Shown here: positions 48,001 to 64,000 of the stretch, piece after piece | Numbering within the stretch: the first letter of the stretch is position 1 | Layout: each line of letters opens with the position of its first letter | Assembly: GCA_002189035.1 (NCBI GenBank) | Contig: CM007990.1 | Coordinates: 1,116,001 to 1,180,000 of the forward strand | Length of the DNA stretch: 64,000 bases | Source: Utricularia gibba | Lineage: Eukaryota; Plantae; Magnoliophyta | Direction: 5' to 3' | The notes under the pieces: generated by a model | Seen by the model: only the letters and a program-made list of their open reading frames with translations | The model's database searches: none | What the model was told of the DNA's origin: nothing | Program-made: the position numbers and the translations under genes

Positions 48001-49852
48001 AAACGTTCTATACTCAACTATTGAATACTCTCTTAATGTCACAAAGCACACACACCAGGGGGTGTTGCATGGTGATGGATGGCAGCCTGAGACCAAATTA
48101 AACAAAGCATCTAAAAATAGTGAAAGGGCAAAGTGGTGCTTCTCTCAGGACAAGAAGACATTCCAGAATTTCATGTCTGTGTCAGGTCAGTGTGTTGCCC
48201 TGGTAATAAACAAAATAAAAATACCCATTTGGCCATGAGGTGAACCCTCAGGCCTCACCTCACCTACCAGCAGTAGCCGCCATTTAATCCATGGGGACAC
48301 CTTCATCTCCATCCCCACAATACAAAACCCTTTCGAATTCGCATGGGGCGTCATACCACCTTCATGAGTTGTTCTTCTTGCCGCCTTTTACCAGCTACAT
48401 ATATTCAATCTTATGATATAAAAGTATGTATACCCACATTGAAATCAACATAAGAGATGATGATTTAGAAAAATGGTCACTGTCATCTCATCTCACTGTG
48501 TGATAAAAATACTCATCTTATATGTAAAATTTACCTTAGTGTGTGAGAGAATTGGGGAGGGTGGCCACTTTTCTAAATGATCCCATAAGATATATGATTT
48601 AATTATAAAAATAGTCATATGTTATAGAATGTGTGAAAAATATATTATGATATATGTAATTTTTTTGTTTCAGTATGTAAGAAAAAAATTAACAGTGAAC
48701 ATTTTTCTAAATGAGTCTAACATGTAGACATGAGTGAATTACAAAAGTAGTAATCTATCATAAAGTGTGTGAAAAAAGATTGCAACAATGAAAAGGAGTG
48801 GTTTTTCCTTGTAAATAGGATAAAGAACCACTCATTTATTTTTTATTTTTTTTAAATTCAATAGGATTGAAATTTATAACACTAATAAAATTCGATATCT
48901 CTGGTTTTTGGGTTTTTATTTCTCTTCCATGAATTACCAAATTTGAATTATTTTTATTTCCCATAAATTGAGCTCCAACATCCACTCCTTGATATAGGTA
49001 CGACTATACTTTCTTACACAAAGGATGCAATCAAATGCAATAAACGTCATTTTTTATGCTACACTTTGATTTATTTGAAATCGAATAAATATCAAATAAG
49101 TCGAATGCTAATTATTAAAATTATTAGAAATATCATTTAAACTTCATTAAAATGTCAATATAGTCCTTTTTACAATAAAAAAATTAAAAATATTTACCTA
49201 TAGAAAAAAAAAATCAATCCTACAAAACACCATTAGATGATTGTGATGTCGACCAAACAATGACCAAGACTCATGTCCAAGTGGTGTTAAGATATTATTT
49301 TATATTATTATGTATTATTAAAATGATGAATTTATAATAATAAAATTAATATGAAAAATATAGTGTCATTTGTAAATTGAATTTACCTGATAATTGTGTT
49401 GATATTTGTTGGAACATTTCGGATTTATTTATTTATTTATAATAAAGAATACGAGGATAAGGAAATATTTTATTATTTTTAATTAAAAAGAATACGGATG
49501 AAAAGAGAAGTTTATAAAGGCCAAAGGGCTTCTTCTAAAAATAAAAAAATAAAAAATAAATGTGCTTTTTACTCTTCCTATTCTTTGTTTTTTAGCTTTT
49601 TCTTTTGGTGTCGTTCTTTTCCACACACTTTTTGCTAATGCCACTCCTTAACTGTCTTTTTCAAGTGTCAGCTTCTCATATTTACTTCACATGAAAGGAA
49701 AGGGAAGCAGCCATTCGCTTCAATTCGTCTCTTCTCGTTTCCTCTTTCTGGTTCTGATACCTCTACAGCTTCATTTCTGCTTAGATTCGGCTCTCCGTTG
49801 CCAAAGCTTTGATTTGTTTTTGGAACTGTAAGGTTTTGGGTTGCTTGGGAAG

Positions 49853-52800
49853 ATGGAGCTGTTTCCCGCGCAGCCAGATCTGTCTCTGAGGATCAGTCCT
49901 CCCACCGGACAGCCGGGGTCGTTCTGCGGAGGAGTTGGAGAGGATGGTGATGCAGAAAGAATGGGGAAGATTGGGTGTTGGAATAAGGCGGTCGAATCTG
50001 TAAGAAGCTCCTTTTCCTTTGCGAATTCGAGTCCAGCTCCGGGGAGCTACAACGGTGGCGTCGCTGGAGATGGGTTTTTCCGGTCATTCCCGCAAGCGAA
50101 TGAACGCAGGTTTATTAGTGGGTTTCCTGTTTTTCAAAGCTACCCACTTCCGAATATTGATTCTACGGGGGTGAACGGGGGATGTCATCAACATTCTCCG
50201 GCGGGACCATTGCTGCGATCGCACTTTTTTCAGCGGATGCCGGAGAAACGGAGCATCAGAGTGCCCCGGATGCGGTGGACGACGACCCTTCACGCCCGCT
50301 TCGTTCATGCCGTCGAGCTCCTCGGCGGCCATGAAAGTATGTACAACACACACCCTTCTTCCCAATTCACCATTTTCCAAACCCCAAGCACATCCTTAAT
50401 CAAATTCCATGATCAGGAGCCACGCCCAAATTAGTATTAGAGCTCATGGACGTCAAAGACCTCACCTTGGCCCATGTCAAGTCCCATTTACAGGTAACCA
50501 AATCATTCTTCAAAACCCTTTTTCCCTCTGACACTCTCATGTTATGTTCATTTTGTAACTCCACCAACACCTTCAATCTTAGTCACAATCCACTGAAATG
50601 CAGTAGACTTTAGATATGTCACTGCAGCTAGTGAAGAAAAGTCAAGAAGCCTATTCCTTCTACAAAACCCTCATTTGCTCCCAGATCTGATTCTTCTGCA
50701 ACCCCACCACCCACAGAGTAAAAGATAGATAGCCATAGGGCTGACACATACACACACTAAAGGTGAAAAAAGGAGAAGAAAAACAAAAGTACAAAGCACA
50801 CGATCACATACATACATTCATATACACATACAGACCAGAAACCTGTAGTTCAGTTCAGTTTATCCTTATGATGAAGAAGGTAGTAGGAGGACACGCGCAT
50901 GTGGGATCTGCAGATGTGGTTAAATGCATGGGGCATATTAGCCTGCAACCTGCTTCATAACCCCTGCTTGTGAATGTGTCCAAACAGCAAAGCGCATCAC
51001 AGATTAGGGAGCTTCTGCAAGCTTGTCTCTTTCCATACTCCACGCAACAACACCATTGAAGTTCCTTCTGTTTTTTTTTTCCCTTTCTCCTCTTTAAATC
51101 GTCTCTGGTTTCGAACTATTCGTGCAGATGTACAGGACAGTGAAGTCAACTGATAAGGCTGCAGCCACTTCAGGTAAAAACTCCAGACAGATCAGAAAAT
51201 AAATAAACAAGCAGAGGGACGCCAGATTTACATTACCTTCTTCTCACTTACGCAGGCCATTCCTCCGCTGGATTCGACACCGGCGACACCTCCGACGACC
51301 TCCACATCGAGTCCTCCCGGCGCAACGGAAGATGCTCGGACCAAAATGATCAAGGCAAGAACGTGCATCTCGGCTTGTGGAGCAGCAGCAGCGCCTCCTA
51401 CTCAAGGTACGTAAACACCATTTTCTTAGACTGGATAATTGATAAATAAATAAATAAATATTATATGGTTGGTAGTTAGCAGTATGAATGCACTCTAGTG
51501 TTTACAATAATGTTTTAAAAAGGGGTTTAATAATTTATTAGAAAAAATAGTTTGAGTCCTCAATTAAATGATATTTTTTCAAATTTTTAATAGGGAAAAT
51601 AATTCTGAACAGCTGTACTTCTTTAATAATGCAAACATTTTCCTTATTTTTCCTGTTTTTATTACATCATCATGCCCTTGGTGTAATCAAAATGTGAATA
51701 AAAGCAACCACATTTCTAGTCTTTTTGCCACACTAACGTTCTCAAGTGGGACCATTGTCTTAGAAATAGTGAATTTTTAATTTTTTTAATTATCTTTATA
51801 GATAAAGATGAGGGATAATGTAGTTTTATTTTAGGCATAATATTTAACTTCAATTAAATCCTATTTTAATAATTCCAATAATGGGTAAATATTTTTTGAT
51901 AATAAAAATATTTAGTACAAATTTTCTTATGCAGTTGTTTAAAGTATTGTATGAAAAAATTGTTCACTTGTATCCATGTAATTCATTAAATATAGTAATA
52001 AATGGTATCTGCAACTATTTATAGCTCATAAATTACGTTTCAGATTAATTGTTACTATATTTTATAATCTTTAAACTTATGTCGTATAATTAGATTTATA
52101 ATGATTCGTATTCTATGAAACACTCTAACAAATATATGATAATGGATGAAAAACATGTGTATAAATCTAGGTATCAGAGTTCCCATTTAGGGTTTAGGAA
52201 GTGAGTGTCATGTGGGGGTAGATTTTTAACTTAGAAAAAAAAAAGGCATTTTGAAAAGGAGGGCGCTTTTCTCAGTGAAGCTTTGCTTTAGGGTTGTGTA
52301 TCGTTCACACAGATTCCTACTGGAAATCTGTCTTTTTCGTGGCAGGGAAGCTTTGTTGCATGGACGACCGCATCTCAGCACCGGGACCATGCAATCTTTT
52401 CAGGTACACACCGCTTTAGCTCGTCTCCTTTCGTGGCATCCTTTGCACATCGCAAAGAAACAGGATAAAAAGCAATATCAGAAGATGGGGGGTGCCTTAT
52501 GTAAGTCACCCTTCACTAAAGGGCAGCAAAACCAGATTAGGCGAATCCCATATCAGTTACAGATGAAGTATACGAGAGAAATTAAGTAGAATGCTTGTAC
52601 ATATTTTGCATGAGATCTTTTCCTAGGTAGCGGATGATTCTTGATAGTTATTCCAAAGTTTAGTGTGTTTGGACTGAAATAGCTTTAGGATAAGTGATCA
52701 CCTGGAAAGTTACTCCTTATGGAAAAAATGTAAAATCGTAAGTTTTGAATGTACAAAAGGAATAATATTATGATCATTGTGGTGATATGGCGGAAAGGTT

Positions 52801-53136
52801 GGTGCTGCGTTAGGGAGAGCGCGAAGGGGGGGAATAAAGCGAAAGCAAAGTGGGCATCCAGGATGAATAGTTTGCTAATTGTAGAACAGTGAGTGCCATG
52901 AGACACTCACTCAGCTTTGGATTTATGAAAGCGGGCTGGGTCTTTAAAGCCGGGGGGTGTAGCAGGCTTTAGCTTTTGATTCCTCAGACAGTCTCCCGCA
53001 GCTGTGTTCTGTTTCGGTGCAGATGCTGAAGGGGGAGAGGGCGCCGGAGATGAGCTCGCCGTGCGGCGTCGCCGAGCTTAGTCCTCCGCGGAAGAAGCCC
53101 AGCCTGGAGTTCACTCTGGGAACACCGCATTTGTGA
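49853..53136 (+). CDS. KAN2: KANADI GARP transcription factor, KAN2-like, 6 exons
   Basis: MELFPAQPDLSLRISPP N-terminus, GARP domain PRMRWTTTLHARFVHAVELLGGHE|RATPKLVLELMDVKDLTLAHVKSHLQ|MYRTVK and C-terminal KPSLEFTLG; exons join in frame. Confidence 0.92.
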
Positions 53137-54289
53137 ATCTTGCTGTTCCTTCCCTTCCAAGAAGGAAGCAAATAAATGTTGATATCTGTCTGTGTTGTTA
53201 ACTTTGATTCCAAAGAAAACCATGGCGTTTCATGTATAGCGTTGGTGGCACTTTTGAAATGAGAAGATGCTCTAGATTTTATCTTTTTAAAAATTCACAT
53301 AATTAATTTTTATCTTAATTAAATCAAGCTTCTAATTTTCATACTAGTTCTGAGTTGACGGTCCGGGAAATACCCTTGACTAGGGAACCCTTCTCTAAAT
53401 ATTTGTTAATATTTGTTGAATTTGAAACATTATATTATTAAATCTCTTTTAATAATGACCGTCATTATTTTCGACAAATAAAACATTGGGGGGTTTGTAA
53501 TGATGAAAACAAACCTCAATTATTGAGTGGTGGGATGTGGGAACAGTCAAAGTCTCTCTCCCACTGCACCAGCATCCTGTCCAAATTATTTCTTCATCAT
53601 TCCTGCTTGGGCCCACATGTCTCCCACGTGTCCTCATCCTGATGGCCCATGTAAGACTCCCGTGCAGCCGTCGGATCTTTTGGCAAAAATGGGAAAAAAC
53701 ATTTTATTTCCTTTTTTAATAAGTTAATCCAACCCACAGATGGTAGGCACCCACCCAAATTTGGATGTAATATAAAAATTAATTTGTTTCCATATTTTTT
53801 TATATATATATTTGCAATAAAATATGTGTAATTATTTAACTAATTTTAAATATTTATTGAATAATTACATTTAAATAATAGTTCGAAATGAAAATAAATC
53901 TAACACTTATATCTTTAATTTATATGCATTTTAAAATAAAATTATATATGTTATTTAAATATATGAAAACATAAATAACAACTCAACTACTTAACAAAAT
54001 TACTAATTTTTTAAAAAATGTATGTTTTATAATTCACATTTTCATCAAAAACACATTTTTTAATATATTTTGAGACAAATGGAAAAAATATTTTTTAAAA
54101 TGTAATTGAAACATATATTTTAAAAAATGAAAAAAATTTAACAAACACATATTACACTATGGGTTGGTAGTTAAGCCTCAATGTGCATTCTGTACTTGCT
54201 TGGGTGGAAATACTCGGAAGCCTACACTAGAAATAAAGGCACCTACCTTCTCCCTTTCTTGTGAAAGAGTCATGGGAAGGGGAGATGTA

Positions 54290-56076
54290 TCAGCCCTGCT
54301 TCCTCTTGTCGAACGACTGCTCCGAAAGATATCTGGTTCGGTGAGAAAAGAAGCAGGATCAGTGCAGGGGATCGAGTGTAAAAGTACTTCATGAACATTA
54401 ATGGCTGGGGAAGAAAGAACGTGCTGCTCAATTTATAGTGATGGAATGCCAAGTGCGTTTTACTCACTTTCCTGTGTAGAAGCCAGCGGAATACCAAGCA
54501 TTCAAGACATCAGCAAGATTGGTAGGAGCATCAGAACCTTCTGATTTGGCATCTGCTGTCATTATGGTTTCGTTCTCCTTTCCTGTATATGGCCAAATGC
54601 AGAAACTTGATAAATGAACGCATACGGAGACCATCTTCATACTGTATACTAAAAAGCTCTTTCACCAAAGCAGATGAAGAAAAATAAAGGGCTATGTCTA
54701 CTGCACACATTCAAGCTAATGGGAGAAGAGTAAGTAAAGCACTTAATGTCACATCAGTGTATGAAGTGGGCATACCTTCATCAACAGAGAGGCGTGAATT
54801 GGGGGAAGTTCCAATCTTTAATGATGACAGAGCTGTTTTAGCAGCATCCATTGCCGTCTTAGCGAGACCTGAACCTTCCTTAGACATGGAAATCGCTTTC
54901 TCAGCATCTAAAGCGGTATTGTAGCCTTTATTAATGCAAGCGTCACCCACACACGGAGCTGCTGAGGAATTGCAAGGAACAACCCAATTCTGGCAGCCAT
55001 ATGGACAGTGACAACTAACTGAAACAAATTGTTGAGGAGAAGCTTCATACTGTGCAGGATCTGATGCACCAGGCATGGAGTACTGATTAAGTTGCTGAAG
55101 AATAATTTGCCTCTGATAATCAATATTATAATAGCTTTCCAACAACTTGTTATACTCTTCTTGACTGCTTGGACACCATGCTGCCTCATCTTTACTTTTT
55201 ACGTCTGATGAAGCCAATACACAGGGACTGGTGGTTGATTCGGCAACATAATTCTCTACAGTGGGATCAGCATTGCAGATTTGTTCACAAGTGAGGTCTA
55301 CATGTTTCACTGAAGAACTGCGCCTTGAAGAAGGATTTTTGGTTGATTCAGAAGAGTTAATTTTCTTCTCAACTGTATCTTCGGATGTCAAAGCAATGCT
55401 AGTAGCTTTATTATCAACCTGTAAATCCCTTCACACGAGCAAATGTGGCACAAGGTTAACATCTGGTACTATTGTATGTGTTATTGCTTCAGTGAATAAA
55501 GACAACTGACTACGATGAACTTGAGAAACGAAAATCTAAGAAATCACCAGAACGCATCAGCATAGAGCACATGACCAAACCACATAAAACTCAGCAAAAT
55601 TCACCACTCTATCAAATATGAGTTGCTCAAAGAACCATGAAATTTGATTGTACCATTTTGTTAAGCAAGCCAAATAATTCAAACCATCTAAAATCAATCA
55701 GGAGAACACGTAATCCAACTTAAGATTCAAATGTTATACAATTTCCTTATTGCTCTTCTACAACGCTTCTACCACAAACATCCCGCCAAATAACAATCTC
55801 ATAATTTATAAACTCACTGAGTGTTAGAGAAGAACTCAGGCTCTGGCAATGACTCCTTCGCATGGTTACCCGTGACTTCTCCCTCCGCTAAACCATGCAT
55901 TCTCTGAACATACACCCGGAACCAAACAAAGTACGGAAACAAAAAACGCATCAACACATTAGTAAAATTCCAGAAGCATACGCATTTTTAAAAAAATTAA
56001 CCTTGTACTTGAAAATTGCGTCGTCGAAGGCTACGAGGAGCGCTGAATCGTCCCAAAGATCCTTCCCCTTCCCCAT
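54290..56076 (-). CDS. SMN (survival motor neuron)-like protein without Tudor domain, 5 exons
   Basis: Exon 1 (56002-56076) gives MGKGKDLWDDSALLVAFDDAIFKYK; the penultimate exon gives NLADVLNAWYSAGFYTGK and the last exon YLSEQSFDKRKQG*. A frame-consistent GT-AG exon chain exists. Confidence 0.75.
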
Positions 56077-57286
56077 CTGTAAACCTAACAGCCTCTGGAA
56101 TCCGGTATCTAGGGTTCTAGAATTTCGTACGCAACTTCGAAATTTTCAAGGTAACGCGCGTTAAAAAACGTGTAACTAAACGTTGGTAATTATATATCTT
56201 TGAATTATACATATTTTGAATTGAATTATTTTTTTAACAAATTAAATCGGAATTAACTTATTATAAAACACTATGAGAAATAAAAATATTTATCTATATT
56301 TGATATTCATAAATTACATAATTCTTTTAATTTTTTATAAAAAAATATTGTATCATGATAAAAACGAATTAAATATATTATATTTCATTAATTTTTTGAA
56401 ATGATTCTATTTATTTTTTAAAAATTATAATATTTAATTACTTTATATTAAAATTAAAAATTCAGATTTTATAATTAACTTTAAAAATTATCGAATTTAT
56501 TGAATATTTATTTTAAATATTAAATAAGAAATTAATTAAAAAATTAGAATATAAAATTTTTATTTATTCTAAAAATATACTTATGTCATAACAATAAGTT
56601 ATATAATAATTTAATATATTAAATTTTATGATATCAAATTAATTCTATTTATATATTTTTAAAACTGAATTGCGCATAATTTAAAATACAACTTTAAATT
56701 ACAAAATAAGTCCTATAAATTCGAATTAAATCGAATCTAATCCTGAATTTTGAAATAATATTGATATAAAGAACAAGCTCCAATGTTAAAAAAAATAAAT
56801 GCCCACATGATCGAAGTTACATTCCTTACTACACAAGCATTATTCCTTGTTTAACAACGGCATCTGGCAACTGCTTGCCTTCTACAGAATACAACAAGAG
56901 CCTTCTGTAGTTCTGTATCTCACATCTTTTGTTTTGCTTTTCTTCTCCTGTAGTTGTTTCCAGGAAGCAATTCACACAGCAACGACCTCCTTTGGCGCCA
57001 TCCATTTGATTCACTCACAATCCAAATATTAAAAACCAGCAGACATGAGCATGATTTCATCAGGTGTGTTGCCAAATTCTGGGCTGCTATGTTCACCTGA
57101 AAAATGAAAAGGGGAGGTGCAGATTGATATATGAGCTTGTTCTTTGCCGTTGGATAGCTTCTTCTATCAGAGAAAACTAGTAGAGATGAAAGGTAGCAGA
57201 GAACAAGGAACTTGGGAGAAGACGTCTGTGGTGGCTTTACCCAAATTTACATGGTGGGGAGTTGGGAAACTGAGACCTTTGTATGG

Positions 57287-62381
<5,095 letters not shown>

Positions 62382-62677
62382 CCCCTTCTCTTTCAACGAA
62401 TCAGTCAACAAACCATCAATCTGAAGAACAAACTTCGATAACTGAATCAAATCGCCACTGTGCGATTCGCCTGCTTGATTATCGTCAATAAATTCACAGA
62501 CCCACCACTCTGCAAACCCACGGACAAGGACCGTGCTTCTTCCACTCTGCACAACTTCTCAGATTATTGGTATTTTTTTCTGCATAAATAATTTTATTAT
62601 CAAAAAGAGAAAAATGCGGCGATTTTTATAATCATGTGCTGTGTGTACTTTTACGGGTACTTTCCTGTCAAAACTTT

Positions 62678-62771
62678 TTCACATAATGGTAATAAAATTG
62701 TGCTTATTTATATATATATATTCACATAATGGTAATAAAATTGTGCTTATTTAATATATATATATATATAT
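62678..62771. repeat. Tandem duplication of an approximately 43-bp unit ending in (AT)n
   Basis: TTCACATAATGGTAATAAAATTGTGCTTATTTA followed by (TA)n occurs at 62678 and again at 62721. Confidence 0.9.
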
Positions 62772-62904
62772 AATTTCGAATTTACTCCAAAAAAAGGCAT
62801 ATTCTTTTGTAAAATTACGTCCCATTGCCATTGGGATAAAATGAAAACCGGGGCTTTGATGTCATTTCTCCCGCCGGTCGCCGCCAATCGCCAATCGCCA
62901 TTCA

Positions 62905-64000
62905 ATGGCGAGAGCTTCCCTCTGCCCCGCCACCTCCTTCGCCGCCGGTTTCGGCCGCCGTGCGCCGGTTATGGCATCTCCAGATGCCTTCGCAGTCCGT
63001 GCCTCTTCCGTAAAAGGAAGGCCTGAAACTGGCAGGCTAGTTCACTCTTCCATTGAGGTAACAGGTGGAGGCGCAGAGTCATTTCTTCCCGCCTTCCAAA
63101 GCCTTCATCTCCCCTACGTGGCTTATCCCCTGGTTGGTTGGAATCGTCACGTGGAAACTATATTCGCCGCATTTTTTCGGTCTCTCCCTGATGTCAGATT
63201 CTGGCGTGAGTGTCTCCGAACTAGGGACGACGGCGCGGTCGCTCTCGATTGGGTGGCCGGCGATGACCGAAGCTTGCCTGTGGATTCCCCAATTCTAGTG
63301 TTACTGGTGGGTTTTTTGATACAATGATTGAATTTCCATGAATATGACATCGGCTTCAATTTCTTGATATGGCTAAGGCTAGGATGTTAAACCGTCATTT
63401 CCTTCTCTGAATTAGAAGATCATAGAAAGATGCAGCCTTTCTTCTATATTCCTTGTTAATTTGGTCAGTAACTATGATATGCAAAAGGAATTGAACAGGA
63501 GATGCCAAACCTATTGGCCATTAATTGGTTTTCTTCCTACCTTCGTGTAATTATGTGAAAAAACTGTTTACAGCCAGGTCTTACTGGTGGTAGTCAGGAC
63601 ACATATGTAAGGCATATGCTATTGATAGCTAGAAGCAAAAAGTGGCGTGTGGTGGTGTTCAACAGCAGAGGTTGTGGTGGTAGTCCAGTGACTACAGCTC
63701 AGGTACATACCTTCTAGTACTTGGAACGTGTCGCATGGCTTATACCGATAGCGAGCCATGTGGCTTTCGAATCTAGAGGCACAATGAATTTGAATAAGAG
63801 TGGTACTAAGCTACTTGTGCTTGACGTTCTACTGGCATTTTGGCTTTTCCAGGGCTCAACTTAAGGAAGGAGAGCTTTAAGCTCCACAAAAAAAAAAAAA
63901 CACTTGAAATTGTGTTTTTAGTTTCAACATTGGGTAATCTTTTGCAGTTCTATTCAGCTTCATTTCTAGGAGATATATCTGAGGTGGTGGAGCATGTTGG
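62905..64000 (+). CDS. Alpha/beta hydrolase, EMB8/ABHD1-3 (UPF0017) family, probable plastid transit peptide; runs off the window end
   Basis: NRHVETIFAAFFR, RECLRTRDDGAVALDW, LVLL|PGLTGGSQDTYVRH, VVVFNSRGCG..PVTTAQ|FYSASFLGD. Confidence 0.88.

Noticed and set aside
50250-50450. KAN2 GARP substitutions (VPRMRW, TPKLV)
   Set aside because: Conservative changes, and TPKLV occurs in related GARP proteins as recalled; no evidence for altered function.
52168-52198. GGTATCAGAG (tRNA-Met PBS-like) next to TTTAGGGTTTAGG in KAN2 intron 4
   Set aside because: No adjacent LTR end or retroelement coding sequence; too short to distinguish from chance.
62382-62552. 57-codon in-frame extension upstream of the MAP4K ATG
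   Set aside because: It starts at GTG and shows no recognisable similarity to homologs; it is likely 5' UTR.

Overview
Gene-dense plant (eudicot-like) nuclear region with short introns and very AT-rich spacers; the species cannot be named from sequence alone. Fifteen protein-coding loci are recognisable: UPF1 (runs off the left end), a PYR1/PYL1-type ABA receptor, the VQ protein IKU1, an uncharacterised protein with a zipperless bZIP-like basic region, a MYC2-type bHLH, four DUF26 cysteine-rich receptor kinases (three in tandem on -, one inverted on +, flanking an AGD8/9/10 ArfGAP), a bHLH71-like gene, a PMT17/18-type Golgi methyltransferase, KANADI2, an SMN-like protein, a MAP4K5/6-type STE20 kinase and an EMB8/ABHD-like hydrolase (runs off the right end). 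There is also a decayed Ty1/copia 3' end with its LTR and a Tourist MITE. Main caveat: seven reading-frame breaks in five genes, including UPF1, are each repaired by adding one base to a homopolymer run. This points to long-read assembly under-calls rather than pseudogenes. The best biological leads are (i) a Tudor-less SMN-like gene with the Gemin2-binding helix and YG box, (ii) the conserved orphan zipperless-bZIP protein inside the PYL-VQ-MYC-AGD block, (iii) loss of the ancestral MYC2 start ATG (now GTG), and (iv) mosaic evolution of the CRK array. I do not see a clearly new multi-gene system. Arabidopsis gene names, loci and reference motifs are recalled from memory and need database confirmation.
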